A stretch of 63,125 nucleotides of DNA, filler included, from Chrysochromulina tobinii (GCA_001275005.1; 11 parts of 11 records of this genome joined end to end with filler, not necessarily neighbours in it), one strand, 5' to 3'. Counted from the first letter of the whole stretch, positions 1 to 9,322 are shown. Notes: generated by a model from the letters alone, not told the origin. Translations and numbers: made by a program.

Positions 1-2812
1 CAAATTCGTCCATCTGACCCTCAAGGCTGCGCTCGAGCTTTGCAACAAGCCCCGGCAGCACCGAAGCGCTGACGGGTGCAGCCGCCACCATGGCCTTAGC
101 CACCGGAGCCCTTGTTGTCGCCACCCCTTCGGCCGTCGCCCCGGCGGTCGCAGCCTCGTTCGTTAGCATGAAAAAGACGTCCTCGCTCTTCTGGTAACGC
201 GTTGTCTCGACATCTTTGTCAAGTTGGACGGCGCGAAAGTTGTGCACCCAGTTGGCGCCGTCAGGCTCGCCCGCGTTCGTGTTGATCCCCCAAAAGTCGG
301 CCACACGCTCGAGGCGCAGCACGATGCGTGCGAATGCGAGGCGACCCTGCAGCTGGGCCTCGACCTGCGTCTTCGAAAAGGTGGAGCCCAGGAGTGCAAT
401 GAGCAGATTAAGCAGCAGGATCAACGAGAAGAAGATGTACACGATGTACACGATGTAGAAGACGGAGAAATTGATCTTTTGGAAGAGACCGAGCGGCGCG
501 AGGTAGTCTGGGTGCAGGTTGAGGTCGAGTGGCTCGCCGGTGAAGCCTGCTATGAGGATGGCATTCGCCCCCGTGACCCAGTGCATCATCTGGTTCGACT
601 GAGGCAGCTTGCCAGCGGCCGGGTGATCGGGGTACACGGTGATCATCGTGAACACGAAGGCCGAAATGAAGATGACGAAGATGCACATGAAGACCATCAG
701 CTCGCCGCGCATCACCTGGCGCACCGAGAGCACGAAGATCGAGAGCGACGTGTACGGCTGCACGAACTGGTCGACAAAGGCGTAAAACTTGATCAGGAAG
801 CCTAACCCTAGAAAGAGCCAAATGAGCGGTTCGATGCCCTCCCACGCCGCTGCCTCGGCCCCCTCAATATTGTAGGTGACCACTGCCGCACTGCGTTGCG
901 CCATACGATCGGCGGTGTAGAAGGCGTCAAACTCGTCCAACCGGCGGGCCATGCTGGCGAGCGAGCCGTCGCCGCGGCTGCCGCCCTCGCCAACCGAGCC
1001 TCTGCCGTCGCCGTTGGTAAAATGGCTCGTGAGCAGCTGCACCACGTAGTTGAGCGCACCGAGCAGCGCCTGCAGAACCATGACGATTGTGTGCACGAAC
1101 CCCTCTGTCTCCGTGTCGGCGAGGTAGAGGCTGATGCCAAACGTGATGAGTGCACTCGCGAGCAGGTTGGCGCCTGAGGCGAAGTCGTTCATCCACTCCC
1201 ACGTGCGCCGAAGCACCTCAAGTGGAGGAACGCCGCTCTTAAAGTTGGTCGCGTAAAGCGCGCCAATGAAGAGCTCAACGGCGAGGAAAGCGCCGAGGAG
1301 CACGAGCAGCATGACGCAGTCGGCATGCGACCTCTTGGTCTCGCTTTCACTCTTAAGAGCGGTGCAGAGCATCACGGAGCTCATCACGACAGCCAAGTCG
1401 ATTGTGCGCATGACGAGGTGCATGTACCAGCCAAACTTGTCCCACTTTTGCACGAAGAGCGCAAAGATGAAGCCCTTCATAAAGTTGTCCAGGATGAATT
1501 CGACAGTCTCCGGCGACGCGTCGGACCGGGCGAGCACTTCCATCACGTTGGAGGCGCCGCGCCCAGACGAGTCGATCCCGTCGAGCGAGATCTGGTACTG
1601 CGTGACCGGGCCCCACACCCACAACGTCTTGGTGTGCTCCTTCTTCATAATGTGCTGGAACATGACGCGCAGACCGCGCTTGGCCGTGAGCTGCAGCGGA
1701 GTCATGCCATCCATATCAAGATGGATGAGGCGTCCACGCGTGCCCACGGTCAGCTGCGTGCTGTCGGCGCGTACCGCGGCCGGTAGCTCGCTCGTGAGGA
1801 AGTCGTACATTCCGCGCAGACCATTTACCGAGACTGCATGCAGAGGAAAATAGCCGATGATGTGGCCGCAGCTCGCACCGTCATTGAGCATGACCAGTTT
1901 CGTCTCGAGCATGCGTCGCACGAGAGTCCGCAGCCCGAAGACACATGCATAGCTGAGGGGCGTCTCGCCGTACCAGCGCATGGGCTCATCGTCGAAGAAG
2001 ACACCGAGAGCCTGCGTGTTCAGAAACGCGCGCGCATCCTCCAACGAAAAGTGCTGCAGCGCGAGCGCCACCATGCGGCACGCGAGCTCCTCGCGTCGGT
2101 TGGCGCACGCGATATGTAGGTGGCCCTCGCCCAAAAATGGCTGCCCGGCGTGGGTCTGTAGGAGCAGGCGTGGCTGCACCTCAAAGATGGCCATAGAAAG
2201 CTCGAGGCTTGCCTCTGTGTTGCAAACCATGATCGCATGCATCACGAACGCGCCCACCGGGTCTGCCACCTCGAGCAAGTGCACGTGCTTCGTCGCAATC
2301 TCGAGCATCACGAGCCGCAGGATGGCAAGCTGCGGACCAGTATAACCACCCGGATAGGTGTAGAGATTGAGTTTGCCTGCCTCGACAACATCGCCACCGA
2401 TGCGAAGCGCCGTGTCCCATTCGAGCGTGTGCTGCCGCTCGCTATTTAGCGTCACCACTGTTGGCAGCGTCGTGCAGTGGATACGCGCCGCCTTCAACAT
2501 ATTCATGCCCTCATCGAGAAGAGGCTCGTACACGTCCTCCTCGGAGGTGCGTACTCCGCTCATCAAGCTCTGCTGCCGAGTCAGAACTCTGTCCGTCGCT
2601 GATCGTGCTAGAGAAAGCGGGCGCGCCACTGTTGGAGTCGACGCCGACGGAATTACACTTGGAACCGCGCTAAAATCGGCAACATCCGCGTCGGACTTGC
2701 CCAGAGCGAGGGTGCTCTCTTTCTTGAGCAGAATCTTCGTCGTGCCGTCGACGACTGGACTGATGGCGCGCTTGTCGAGGCTGCCAGGCGGCGAGGCGCC
2801 GGCGAGCTCCAT
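1..2812 (-). CDS. TRPV-like cation channel (ankyrin repeats + TM/pore + TRP region), 3'-partial
   Basis: Manual minus-strand translation from ATG 2812. It is absent from the ORF track because it runs off the window edge. Ankyrin motifs FLGEGHLHIACANR, GVFFDDEPMRWYGETPLSYAC, GYFPLHAV and DGMTPLQL; TRPV linker LWVWGPVTQYQISLDGIDS; S6/TRP-box-like ILLLNLLIALLGSTF...GRLAFARIVLRLE. Confidence 0.88.
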   Translation of the reverse strand, partial: MELAGASPPGSLDKRAISPVVDGTTKILLKKESTLALGKSDADVADFSAVPSVIPSASTPTVARPLSLARSATDRVLTRQQSLMSGVRTSEEDVYEPLLDEGMNMLKAARIHCTTLPTVVTLNSERQHTLEWDTALRIGGDVVEAGKLNLYTYPGGYTGPQLAILRLVMLEIATKHVHLLEVADPVGAFVMHAIMVCNTEASLELSMAIFEVQPRLLLQTHAGQPFLGEGHLHIACANRREELACRMVALALQHFSLEDARAFLNTQALGVFFDDEPMRWYGETPLSYACVFGLRTLVRRMLETKLVMLNDGASCGHIIGYFPLHAVSVNGLRGMYDFLTSELPAAVRADSTQLTVGTRGRLIHLDMDGMTPLQLTAKRGLRVMFQHIMKKEHTKTLWVWGPVTQYQISLDGIDSSGRGASNVMEVLARSDASPETVEFILDNFMKGFIFALFVQKWDKFGWYMHLVMRTIDLAVVMSSVMLCTALKSESETKRSHADCVMLLVLLGAFLAVELFIGALYATNFKSGVPPLEVLRRTWEWMNDFASGANLLASALITFGISLYLADTETEGFVHTIVMVLQALLGALNYVVQLLTSHFTNGDGRGSVGEGGSRGDGSLASMARRLDEFDAFYTADRMAQRSAAVVTYNIEGAEAAAWEGIEPLIWLFLGLGFLIKFYAFVDQFVQPYTSLSIFVLSVRQVMRGELMVFMCIFVIFISAFVFTMITVYPDHPAAGKLPQSNQMMHWVTGANAILIAGFTGEPLDLNLHPDYLAPLGLFQKINFSVFYIVYIVYIFFSLILLLNLLIALLGSTFSKTQVEAQLQGRLAFARIVLRLERVADFWGINTNAGEPDGANWVHNFRAVQLDKDVETTRYQKSEDVFFMLTNEAATAGATAEGVATTRAPVAKAMVAAAPVSASVLPGLVAKLERSLEGQMDEF

Positions 2813-3123
2813 TTCGCATTTGTCGCGAAAAAGAGTCTCGTCCGTTACCGGTGTCTTACCGGTACAGTACAGTGCAGTACCGGTATCCGGAAAGAGACAG
2901 GTCCGTTCCATAAATGTACGGTATCGTACCGGGGAGCGGGAGGCGGCAGGGTCGGGTTCGCAGGGGGCGGCCTCTTCTGAGTCGGCCGCGGGGAGCGGTC
3001 CGCTCCGGGGCTGCGGCTGTTGAGTCGGCCGCGGATTCGGTCGTCGCGCTGACGTGCGGGTGTGTTGGTGGGTTTGGATGGTTGTGAAGCTCGTCTGTGT
3101 GATCCGTGTGCCCATGTGCGCCC

Positions 3124-3262
3124 CTGTACCGGTAAAAAGCGGGTTGTTTGTTGTTGGTGGGTCTGGTTGGTTGTGAGATTGGTCTGTGTGCCTTTGTGCT
3201 TCCGCGTGTCCCGTGTGTCCCGTGTGTGTCCCGGCTCCCCCGGTGTCTTTTTACCGGTACAG
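3124..3262. mobile_element. MITE-like 139-bp element with perfect 16-bp terminal inverted repeats
   Basis: CTGTACCGGTAAAAAG (3124-3139) and CTTTTTACCGGTACAG (3247-3262). The internal GTGTCCCGTGTGTGTCCCGGCTCC motif recurs at 17569-17592. Confidence 0.55.
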
Positions 3263-3403
3263 TAACTGCCCCTGCGGACACGAGGTTGCAGACTCCCAAA
3301 CCTGGTCTTGAACGCGACGACCCGTTCGCTACTGACGAGACCAGGCGTCTTCGCCGCTGCTCGCTTATCGTATCGCGGGCTGGCTGCTGCTGCGTCGGCC
3401 GCC

Positions 3404-6013
3404 ATGCCGCCTTCTCTCCAAGGGACTTCATCGTACGATTATACCCAAGCCGCCTGCTATGCCGGCTTCAAGCCACACTCGACGCGAACCGAAAACACCT
3501 CTGTGTTCGTGTGCAACCTCCCCTTCAAAGTCTCCGAAGAGTGGTTGCAACGGCTCTTCCGCAAGTGTGGCGAGATCAAATCATTCAAGCTCGTCACCGA
3601 TCGCGAGAGCGGTAGGCACAAGGGCTTTGGTTTCGTTGAGTTCGTCACTACCGAAGGCGCGGCGACGGCCGTGCGCACCTTGGATAGCTATGAAGTTTGC
3701 AGCCGCTTGATGCGCGTGAGCTTTGCTGATCAGGACGCGTATAAACCCATAGCGGAAGTCGGCGGCAAATTCAGCGAGATGCGCACGGCGCGCGACGTGC
3801 TGCATGGCTTCGAGCTCCGCAAACGCCAGTTGCGCCCGAATTGTGTCGTCACCTGCTGGGGCACCCTGGGCAAGCTGGTACGCCAAAGCAGCGAGGAGTG
3901 TGAGTGGATGAAAGCGGAGCTGCGTCAGGGCAACGCGCTCGCGTCGTTGCTCGAGTCTACGCTACAGATGGTGCCGCGCCTCGAGCCAACGACGGTTGCG
4001 ACTGTAGCGTACGGGGCGGCGAGCGTGGTGACACAGTGTGGATTTGCAATGGGCAAGCACGTCTGGGAGGCGCTGGCGGCGAAGGGCTTGGACTTGGCCA
4101 ACCAACTCGATCCGCGAGGACAAGCGAATTTGGTGAATGCGTTCGCAAAGGCGAAGCACGCGGCACCTGCGCTGTTCGATGCGATCGCATCGGTCGCGCC
4201 GCCGCGTATGCGCGACTTCACGTTTCAGGAGCTTGCGAACACGGCGTGGGCGTACGCGACGGCGCAGCACGCGGCACCTGCGCTCCTCGATGCGATCGCG
4301 GCGGAGGCGGTGCCGCGTATGCGCGAATTCGAGCCGCAGACCCTGTCGAACACGGCGTGGGCGTACGTGACGTTGCAGCACGCGGCACCAGCGCTGCTCG
4401 ATGCGATCGCGGCCGAGGCGGCGCGGCAGGTGCGCGACTTCACGCCGCAGGGCCTGTCGACCACGGCGTGGGCGTACGCGAAGGCGAAGCACGCGGCACC
4501 GGCGCTATTTGATGCGATCGCGGCGGAGTCGAGGCGACAAGTGCGCAACTTCAATCCGCAGCAACTTGCGAACGCGGCGTGGGCGTACGCGACGGCGAAG
4601 CACGCAGCACCAGCGCTGCTCGATGCGATCGCGGCCGAGGCGGCGCGACAAGTGCGCGACTTCAATCCGCAGGGCCTGTCGAACACGGCGTGGGCGTACG
4701 CGACGGCGCAGCACGCGGCACCTGCGCTTCTCGATGCGATCGCGGCGGAGGCCGCGCGGCAGGTGCGCGACTTCAAGCCGCAGGAGCTCACGAACACGGC
4801 GTGGGCGTACGCGAAGGCGCAGCACGCGGCACCGGCGCTGCTCGATGCGATCGCGGCGGAGTCGAGGCGGCAAGTGCGCAACTTCAAGCCGCAGAACCTT
4901 GCGAACGCGGCGTGGTCGTACGCGACGTTGCAGCACGGGGCACCGGCGCTATTCGATGCGATCGCAGCAGAGGCGGCGCAGCGCTGGCGCGATTTCGCGC
5001 CGCAGGAGACTTCGAACTTGGCGTGGGCGTACGCGGCCGCCGACCACAGCTCGTGCGAGGTGCTCTTCGGCAGCGCAGCCTTTGTGGCCCACTGCGATGC
5101 AACGCAAGCTGCCTTCATGCATGTGTCCTTGGCCCAGCTCCACCAGTGGCAGCTTTGGCTCGAGGAGCGAGGCGCCGCGTGGCCCCGACTACCTTTGCCG
5201 CTCGCCGAGCGGTGCCACGCGGCTTTCGTCTCGAGGGCGCAGGGCGAACCCTCCAACCTGCAGCGTCATGTCGTCAGGGCGCTCAAGGCGCTCGGCCTCG
5301 AGCCCAAAGAGGAGGTGCTCACTCCGCAGGGCTACTCCCTCGATGCGGTGGTCCGCATCTCGGGCTGCGAGGTGGCGATCGAGGTCGACGGGCCCTTCCA
5401 CTTCGTGGGCCGTGATCACTGGGTAGGCTCACTGGCGGGCGTGCCTCCGGTTGGCGTGCATCTCACGGGCTCGACGGCGCTCAAGCGGCGGCAGCTGCGT
5501 GCGGCGGGCTGGGCACTGGTGTCGTTGCCGTACTGGGAGTGGAACACGTTCGAGTCCCATGACGCGCGATGTGCTGCATGGCAGCGGGAGCTTCTGGTGC
5601 GCGAGCTGGGGGCAGCAGTGCGCAGTGCTCGGCCTCACGCCATCAAGGATGGCGACACGTCATCAACAGAGCGATTCGTGTCGCGATTTGTGCGCGAGGA
5701 CGGCGATTCGCCGCTACATAAAAAGAGGAAGATGGAAGGGGGGATGTCGCAACTGCCAGTCGTGGGTCCGCCACCCAACAGCATCCTGTCGCAACTGCCA
5801 CCATCTGCGCAGATGCTGCGCAGCGTTCCGATGGCCCAGCATAGGTCGGGCGACGCGGGCACGCCCCGTGTAGCCAAAGGCCCCGCCAAGTGGGAATGCG
5901 GCCGGTGCACCTTCCTCAACAACGGTGCGCATACCGAGTGCGAGATGTGCGGCCGAGTGCGTGTTGTGCACATCACGAATCCATTACCGGCAGCATCATG
6001 CTCTCATCCATGA
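3404..6013 (+). CDS. RRM + 37-aa helical repeats (HPR/OPR/FASTK-like) + RAP domain + RanBP2-type zinc finger RNA-binding protein
   Basis: RNP motifs VFVCNLP and KGFGFVEF; 8 repeats of APALxDAIAAExxRxxRxFxPQxLxNxAWAYAxxxHA; RAP motifs GYSLD..AIEVDGPFHF..LKRRQL..GWALVSLPYWEW; WECGRCTFLN...CEMC. First ATG is at 3404, in the 3308 frame. Confidence 0.9.
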   Translation: MPPSLQGTSSYDYTQAACYAGFKPHSTRTENTSVFVCNLPFKVSEEWLQRLFRKCGEIKSFKLVTDRESGRHKGFGFVEFVTTEGAATAVRTLDSYEVCSRLMRVSFADQDAYKPIAEVGGKFSEMRTARDVLHGFELRKRQLRPNCVVTCWGTLGKLVRQSSEECEWMKAELRQGNALASLLESTLQMVPRLEPTTVATVAYGAASVVTQCGFAMGKHVWEALAAKGLDLANQLDPRGQANLVNAFAKAKHAAPALFDAIASVAPPRMRDFTFQELANTAWAYATAQHAAPALLDAIAAEAVPRMREFEPQTLSNTAWAYVTLQHAAPALLDAIAAEAARQVRDFTPQGLSTTAWAYAKAKHAAPALFDAIAAESRRQVRNFNPQQLANAAWAYATAKHAAPALLDAIAAEAARQVRDFNPQGLSNTAWAYATAQHAAPALLDAIAAEAARQVRDFKPQELTNTAWAYAKAQHAAPALLDAIAAESRRQVRNFKPQNLANAAWSYATLQHGAPALFDAIAAEAAQRWRDFAPQETSNLAWAYAAADHSSCEVLFGSAAFVAHCDATQAAFMHVSLAQLHQWQLWLEERGAAWPRLPLPLAERCHAAFVSRAQGEPSNLQRHVVRALKALGLEPKEEVLTPQGYSLDAVVRISGCEVAIEVDGPFHFVGRDHWVGSLAGVPPVGVHLTGSTALKRRQLRAAGWALVSLPYWEWNTFESHDARCAAWQRELLVRELGAAVRSARPHAIKDGDTSSTERFVSRFVREDGDSPLHKKRKMEGGMSQLPVVGPPPNSILSQLPPSAQMLRSVPMAQHRSGDAGTPRVAKGPAKWECGRCTFLNNGAHTECEMCGRVRVVHITNPLPAASCSHP
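4163..5050 (+). repeat. 111-bp coding tandem repeat x8 (37-aa units)
   Basis: Eight near-identical units seen in both DNA and protein. Confidence 0.9.
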
Positions 6014-6581
6014 TGGACCTTCTGCTTTCGAGCGCTGGTGTGCCTGCGTTCGCGTTCTGCGCCGACGCGGTGAAGGGTGAGCAGTTCGGTGCCGCGCACC
6101 CGCCGCACGAGAATCTTCCATGATCTCCCGTGTCCAGATCCGAGAAACCCACCCTAGTCAGTAATAGTGCAGCGCGGCGCGCCGGCTCGCCACGAGGCGA
6201 GTGGAATATAAGCATCGTCTCTCAATATGAGGAACTTGAACAAAAGCTACCGTAAATACCGGATGTGTAGGATTGCCTTTTAATATGCTGCCTATATCCT
6301 ACGGAGATTTACTACCGGTAGACCCATTGACGAAACCCACTGATTGCCTAATAAAGAGATGACGAAACTTAGCGAGGTCAGTGACGAAACTTCGACGAAC
6401 CTTTTCCCGCACTTTCAGTGTCAGACACTCCAGTGTGACCCTTCGACTCTCAAACCTCGGCCCGGGGGGGTCTCGGATTTTGGTCCAAATACTTTGGTTG
6501 ACCTCGGAGGTCAGCTTCGAACCTTGGACCAAGGGGGGTGTTTTCCCGGAAACGATACTGAATTTCCTGGACTCGCTTCAG

Positions 6582-6666
6582 ACCCGACCCGACCCGACCC
6601 GACCTCGACCTCGGAGCCCGATTTTCATATCCTATCCCCCGACCCGACCCCCTCCGACCCGACCCC
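6582..6666. repeat. GACCC pentamer repeat tract at the end of the small-gene array
   Basis: gacccgacccgacccgacccgacctcgacc ... gacccgaccccctccgacccgacccc. Confidence 0.7.
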
Positions 6667-6703
6667 ATACTGGAGAGTGGAGACGCGCCGTGTTGGGCGC
6701 TTT

Positions 6704-6989
6704 TCATATCGTATCTCGGTAGCCCTCAAATCCACGCCTTCCTAACAGAACTAAGACGAGACGCGCCCATCTTAAAGGGTTCAACATGAACCTAATTGTG
6801 TTGAAGTAGTGTCCCATCCCGAGTACCATCCCCCTCCTTAAAGCATCATTACTGAACCACATAGTTGACATTCTCCCCCAATCTGCATGTTCATCTGCAA
6901 TCCATCCTCGTTGAGAATACCTTAATGGTGGTGGTCGGGGTGCTAATTGCATCGGAAGGGGGTGATGTACGCTCGCGCCCCGCGCCCAT
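6704..6989 (-). CDS. Small hypothetical protein, probable N-myristoylation start MGAGAS if a +1 base in the C4 run (6978-6981) is removed
   Basis: ATG 6989 lies 19 nt after the junction motif. Removing one G joins it to ORF 6704..6952. The stop abuts the hairpin repeat. Confidence 0.5.
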
Positions 6990-7051
6990 GTCGTTTCACA
7001 GTAAGTTTAGAAATTACCGGTGTGACGCGCCGTGTTGGGCGCTTTTGGTGG

Positions 7052-7426
7052 CTAATGCAAGGTTAATCCCAGATCCAAGTACAAGATCCTTCGAATGATC
7101 CGTAAAGGAATCCAAATCAATTTTCCTGTTATTCGTCGAAAGGCTAAAACCCAGCCCATGGGATTCCCTGGGAAATGAATAAGGGAAACGAACCTTACTC
7201 TCACGCGTCTGAGGTGTTCTTGCCAAGGAATGCGTCGATCCATCAACATCTGCATGTCAAAAGAGACATTTGGCTCCTGTATTTCCTCAATCATAGCAGC
7301 ACGCCTCTGTTGACTAATCTGAACCTCGTATTGAGCTCCTGGTCTCAAACCATCTTCGACCCGGGGCCGCCTGCGTGAGTCTATCACGTTCCTCCAGAAT
7401 CGCCTTTTAACTGGCCCGCGCGCCAT
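7052..7426 (-). CDS. Small Arg-rich hypothetical protein (cassette 2)
   Basis: ATG 7426 lies 18 nt after the junction motif. The TAG at 7052 is followed 5 nt later by the AAAA-hairpin repeat. Confidence 0.55.
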   Translation of the reverse strand: MARGPVKRRFWRNVIDSRRRPRVEDGLRPGAQYEVQISQQRRAAMIEEIQEPNVSFDMQMLMDRRIPWQEHLRRVRVRFVSLIHFPGNPMGWVLAFRRITGKLIWIPLRIIRRILYLDLGLTLH

Positions 7427-7478
7427 CGACAATCTAACTTGTTCAGAAATTACCGGTGTGACGCGCCGTGTTGACCAT

Positions 7479-7745
7479 TTAAAAGCCTTCGTTAAGATAG
7501 TCTGAGTTGCGCATCCATCCAGGACGTTGTCGACCAGGTGGGGGGTTATTTAACGCCCTACTAAACATCGCCCTAGCTACTCTCCTTATGACTACGAGGT
7601 AGCGTATGATGTGTCGAAATAATGGTAACCAACCATGTGTACCACGCCTCAGTTGTTGCATTCGCAAGCGCTGAGGAAGAGTGTCAATTGCTGAGCGTCG
7701 CATTAGAAGTGGCATGGATTTTGAGCGTCGCATTAGAGGTGGCAT
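7479..7745 (-). CDS. Small Arg-rich hypothetical protein (cassette 3) with a 30-bp N-terminal duplication
   Basis: MPPLMRRSKS/MPLLMRRSAI duplication; the TAA is followed by the junction repeat. Confidence 0.55.
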   Translation of the reverse strand: MPPLMRRSKSMPLLMRRSAIDTLPQRLRMQQLRRGTHGWLPLFRHIIRYLVVIRRVARAMFSRALNNPPPGRQRPGWMRNSDYLNEGF

Positions 7746-7786
7746 GGATTTTCACACTGATTTTCACACTACCTCAGAAAGTTACT

Positions 7787-8299
7787 ATGGGCGCCCTTTT
7801 TTCCAGATTAAAGGTGTTAAGAATGTCACGACAACTCATACCTAGAGTGTCACGTCAAGGTACGTGGAACAATGCATTTATCAACGTGGTGGAAGACATA
7901 CTTGACGAGATGCCCATTTCTGGCAATCTAAGTGCATATATTGTGTCGTGTATGCGTGTAAAAACTTTTTTCGTGTGCGGAATGGCGACGTGGCTAGCCG
8001 GCAGGGCGTGCTGGGTGGGAGCTGGACGCAACTTGGCTGGCTTGTCGATACGGCGGCGGTACAGGCGACAGTGGTGCACATGGGCAGCACCCAGCAGGGA
8101 CCGCGGCATCTTGGTTGGCGGCGTGGGCGGGGGCATGGGCGTGACAGCGGCAAGTTGTTGGCGGCCGTGGCCGCGTTTGTGGCTCTCAACGGCCGGCTTG
8201 GCGGCCGTAGCCGCGTTTGTGGCTCTCAACCGAACACTCAACGGTCGGCTTTGGGCTTGGCGTGAATCAGCTGCACAGTGTCTGATCCTGCCTTTTTGA
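7787..8299 (+). CDS. Divergent hypothetical ORF starting MGALFS (MGxxxS motif)
   Basis: The ATG lies inside the fourth junction motif. The 3' half may be spurious read-through into GC-rich DNA. Confidence 0.3.
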   Translation: MGALFSRLKVLRMSRQLIPRVSRQGTWNNAFINVVEDILDEMPISGNLSAYIVSCMRVKTFFVCGMATWLAGRACWVGAGRNLAGLSIRRRYRRQWCTWAAPSRDRGILVGGVGGGMGVTAASCWRPWPRLWLSTAGLAAVAAFVALNRTLNGRLWAWRESAAQCLILPF

Positions 8300-9322
8300 A
8301 CGGTATGAGCCCGTCACCAACACCATTGATTCCTACGGGCGTCATGGATGCCGGTCATCAAGTGCAGACGATGGACGAGTCAGATGCCTTGCGGTTGTGT
8401 GGCGATTGGCTATATGGCTTAAGGGGGGGCAGCGAAGCGCGTCATGCGTTTGTGGGACCAGGCAAACCAGGGGACGAGGGGATACTGAAGGACACTGCGA
8501 CCTTGACGCACGCGCACGGCCATTTCGACATAGATGGCCCGAGTTTCCGTCTTTCCGAGGCGCCTCAGGCTGAGCTGGTGGGCTCTTTTCCATTCACATG
8601 CTTTTGACGCAGCTCGGCATCGCTGAGCTCCTCTGCGCGGATCTGGCATCTGCGACATGATCTGCAATCTGCTCACGCCGCGAGCTCCATCAGTGCAGTG
8701 GCGGGCTTCACCTTACATGTTCATGCACAAGTCGCCGTGTCGCGCATGCTTTTATTACGTGGCGTTAAGCCATATTGTCTACTGAGCATGCGGACCTATT
8801 AAGGACTTCGGTCTATCCGGCCCGGTATCCGTCTTGCGTTATTATAAACGAACAGTATCAGTAACAAAAAGCCTGTATTATCCGAATATGAGTAGACTTT
8901 AGTTCACGTGCGATCTACACCACCGCGGCGCTATCGCGCCGCGGGGCTCGTCTAGTTTTTGTATAGAGAGACGAAAAGAAAAGCGGGTCCCCACAGCCCT
9001 CGCCCCCTGGGCCCATATCTTTTGCAGTCCATTGCTGTGCGCGCGCGCCGGGTCGAGAGGTACGTGACAGAGACGCCATGGCGTGCTCATGTTAGCGCTG
9101 GCCCTCATCTGGCGTGCGCGCTGGCCCTTACGGCCAACTCGGGAGCCCGGCCGGGAGGCAGCCCTCGTCGAGCATGGAATTGGCCCTTGAGTCGAAGCGC
9201 CCTCGCGGAGCATGGCATGCTTCGCACCTTTGGGGACTCGGGGGTCTGACAATTTCGCTCCGATTGCGTGTCAGGGAACTCGTCGGCCGACCCTCGCGCG
9301 CCGCTGACACCGCGCAGAACAC

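Larger units (their letters stand above)
6682..7800 (-). promoter_or_regulatory. Conserved intergenic junction repeats (hairpin + GTAA(C)TTTCT motif) separating small ORFs
   Basis: Plus-strand copies: 6682-6704 gacgcgccgtgttgggcgctttt; 7009-7046 agaaattaccggtgtgacgcgccgtgttgggcgctttt; 7445-7473 agaaattaccggtgtgacgcgccgtgttg; partial 7776-7800 agaaagttactatgggcgccctttt. The repeat is seen directly; its regulatory role is inferred. Confidence 0.7.

Noticed and set aside
6328..6401. Hammerhead ribozyme suggested by GACGAAAC
   Set aside because: No CTGANGA core with a stem II upstream of the GAAA.
6682..7473. CRISPR array
   Set aside because: Only 3-4 repeats, 300-400-nt ORF-containing intervals, no cas genes, eukaryotic context.
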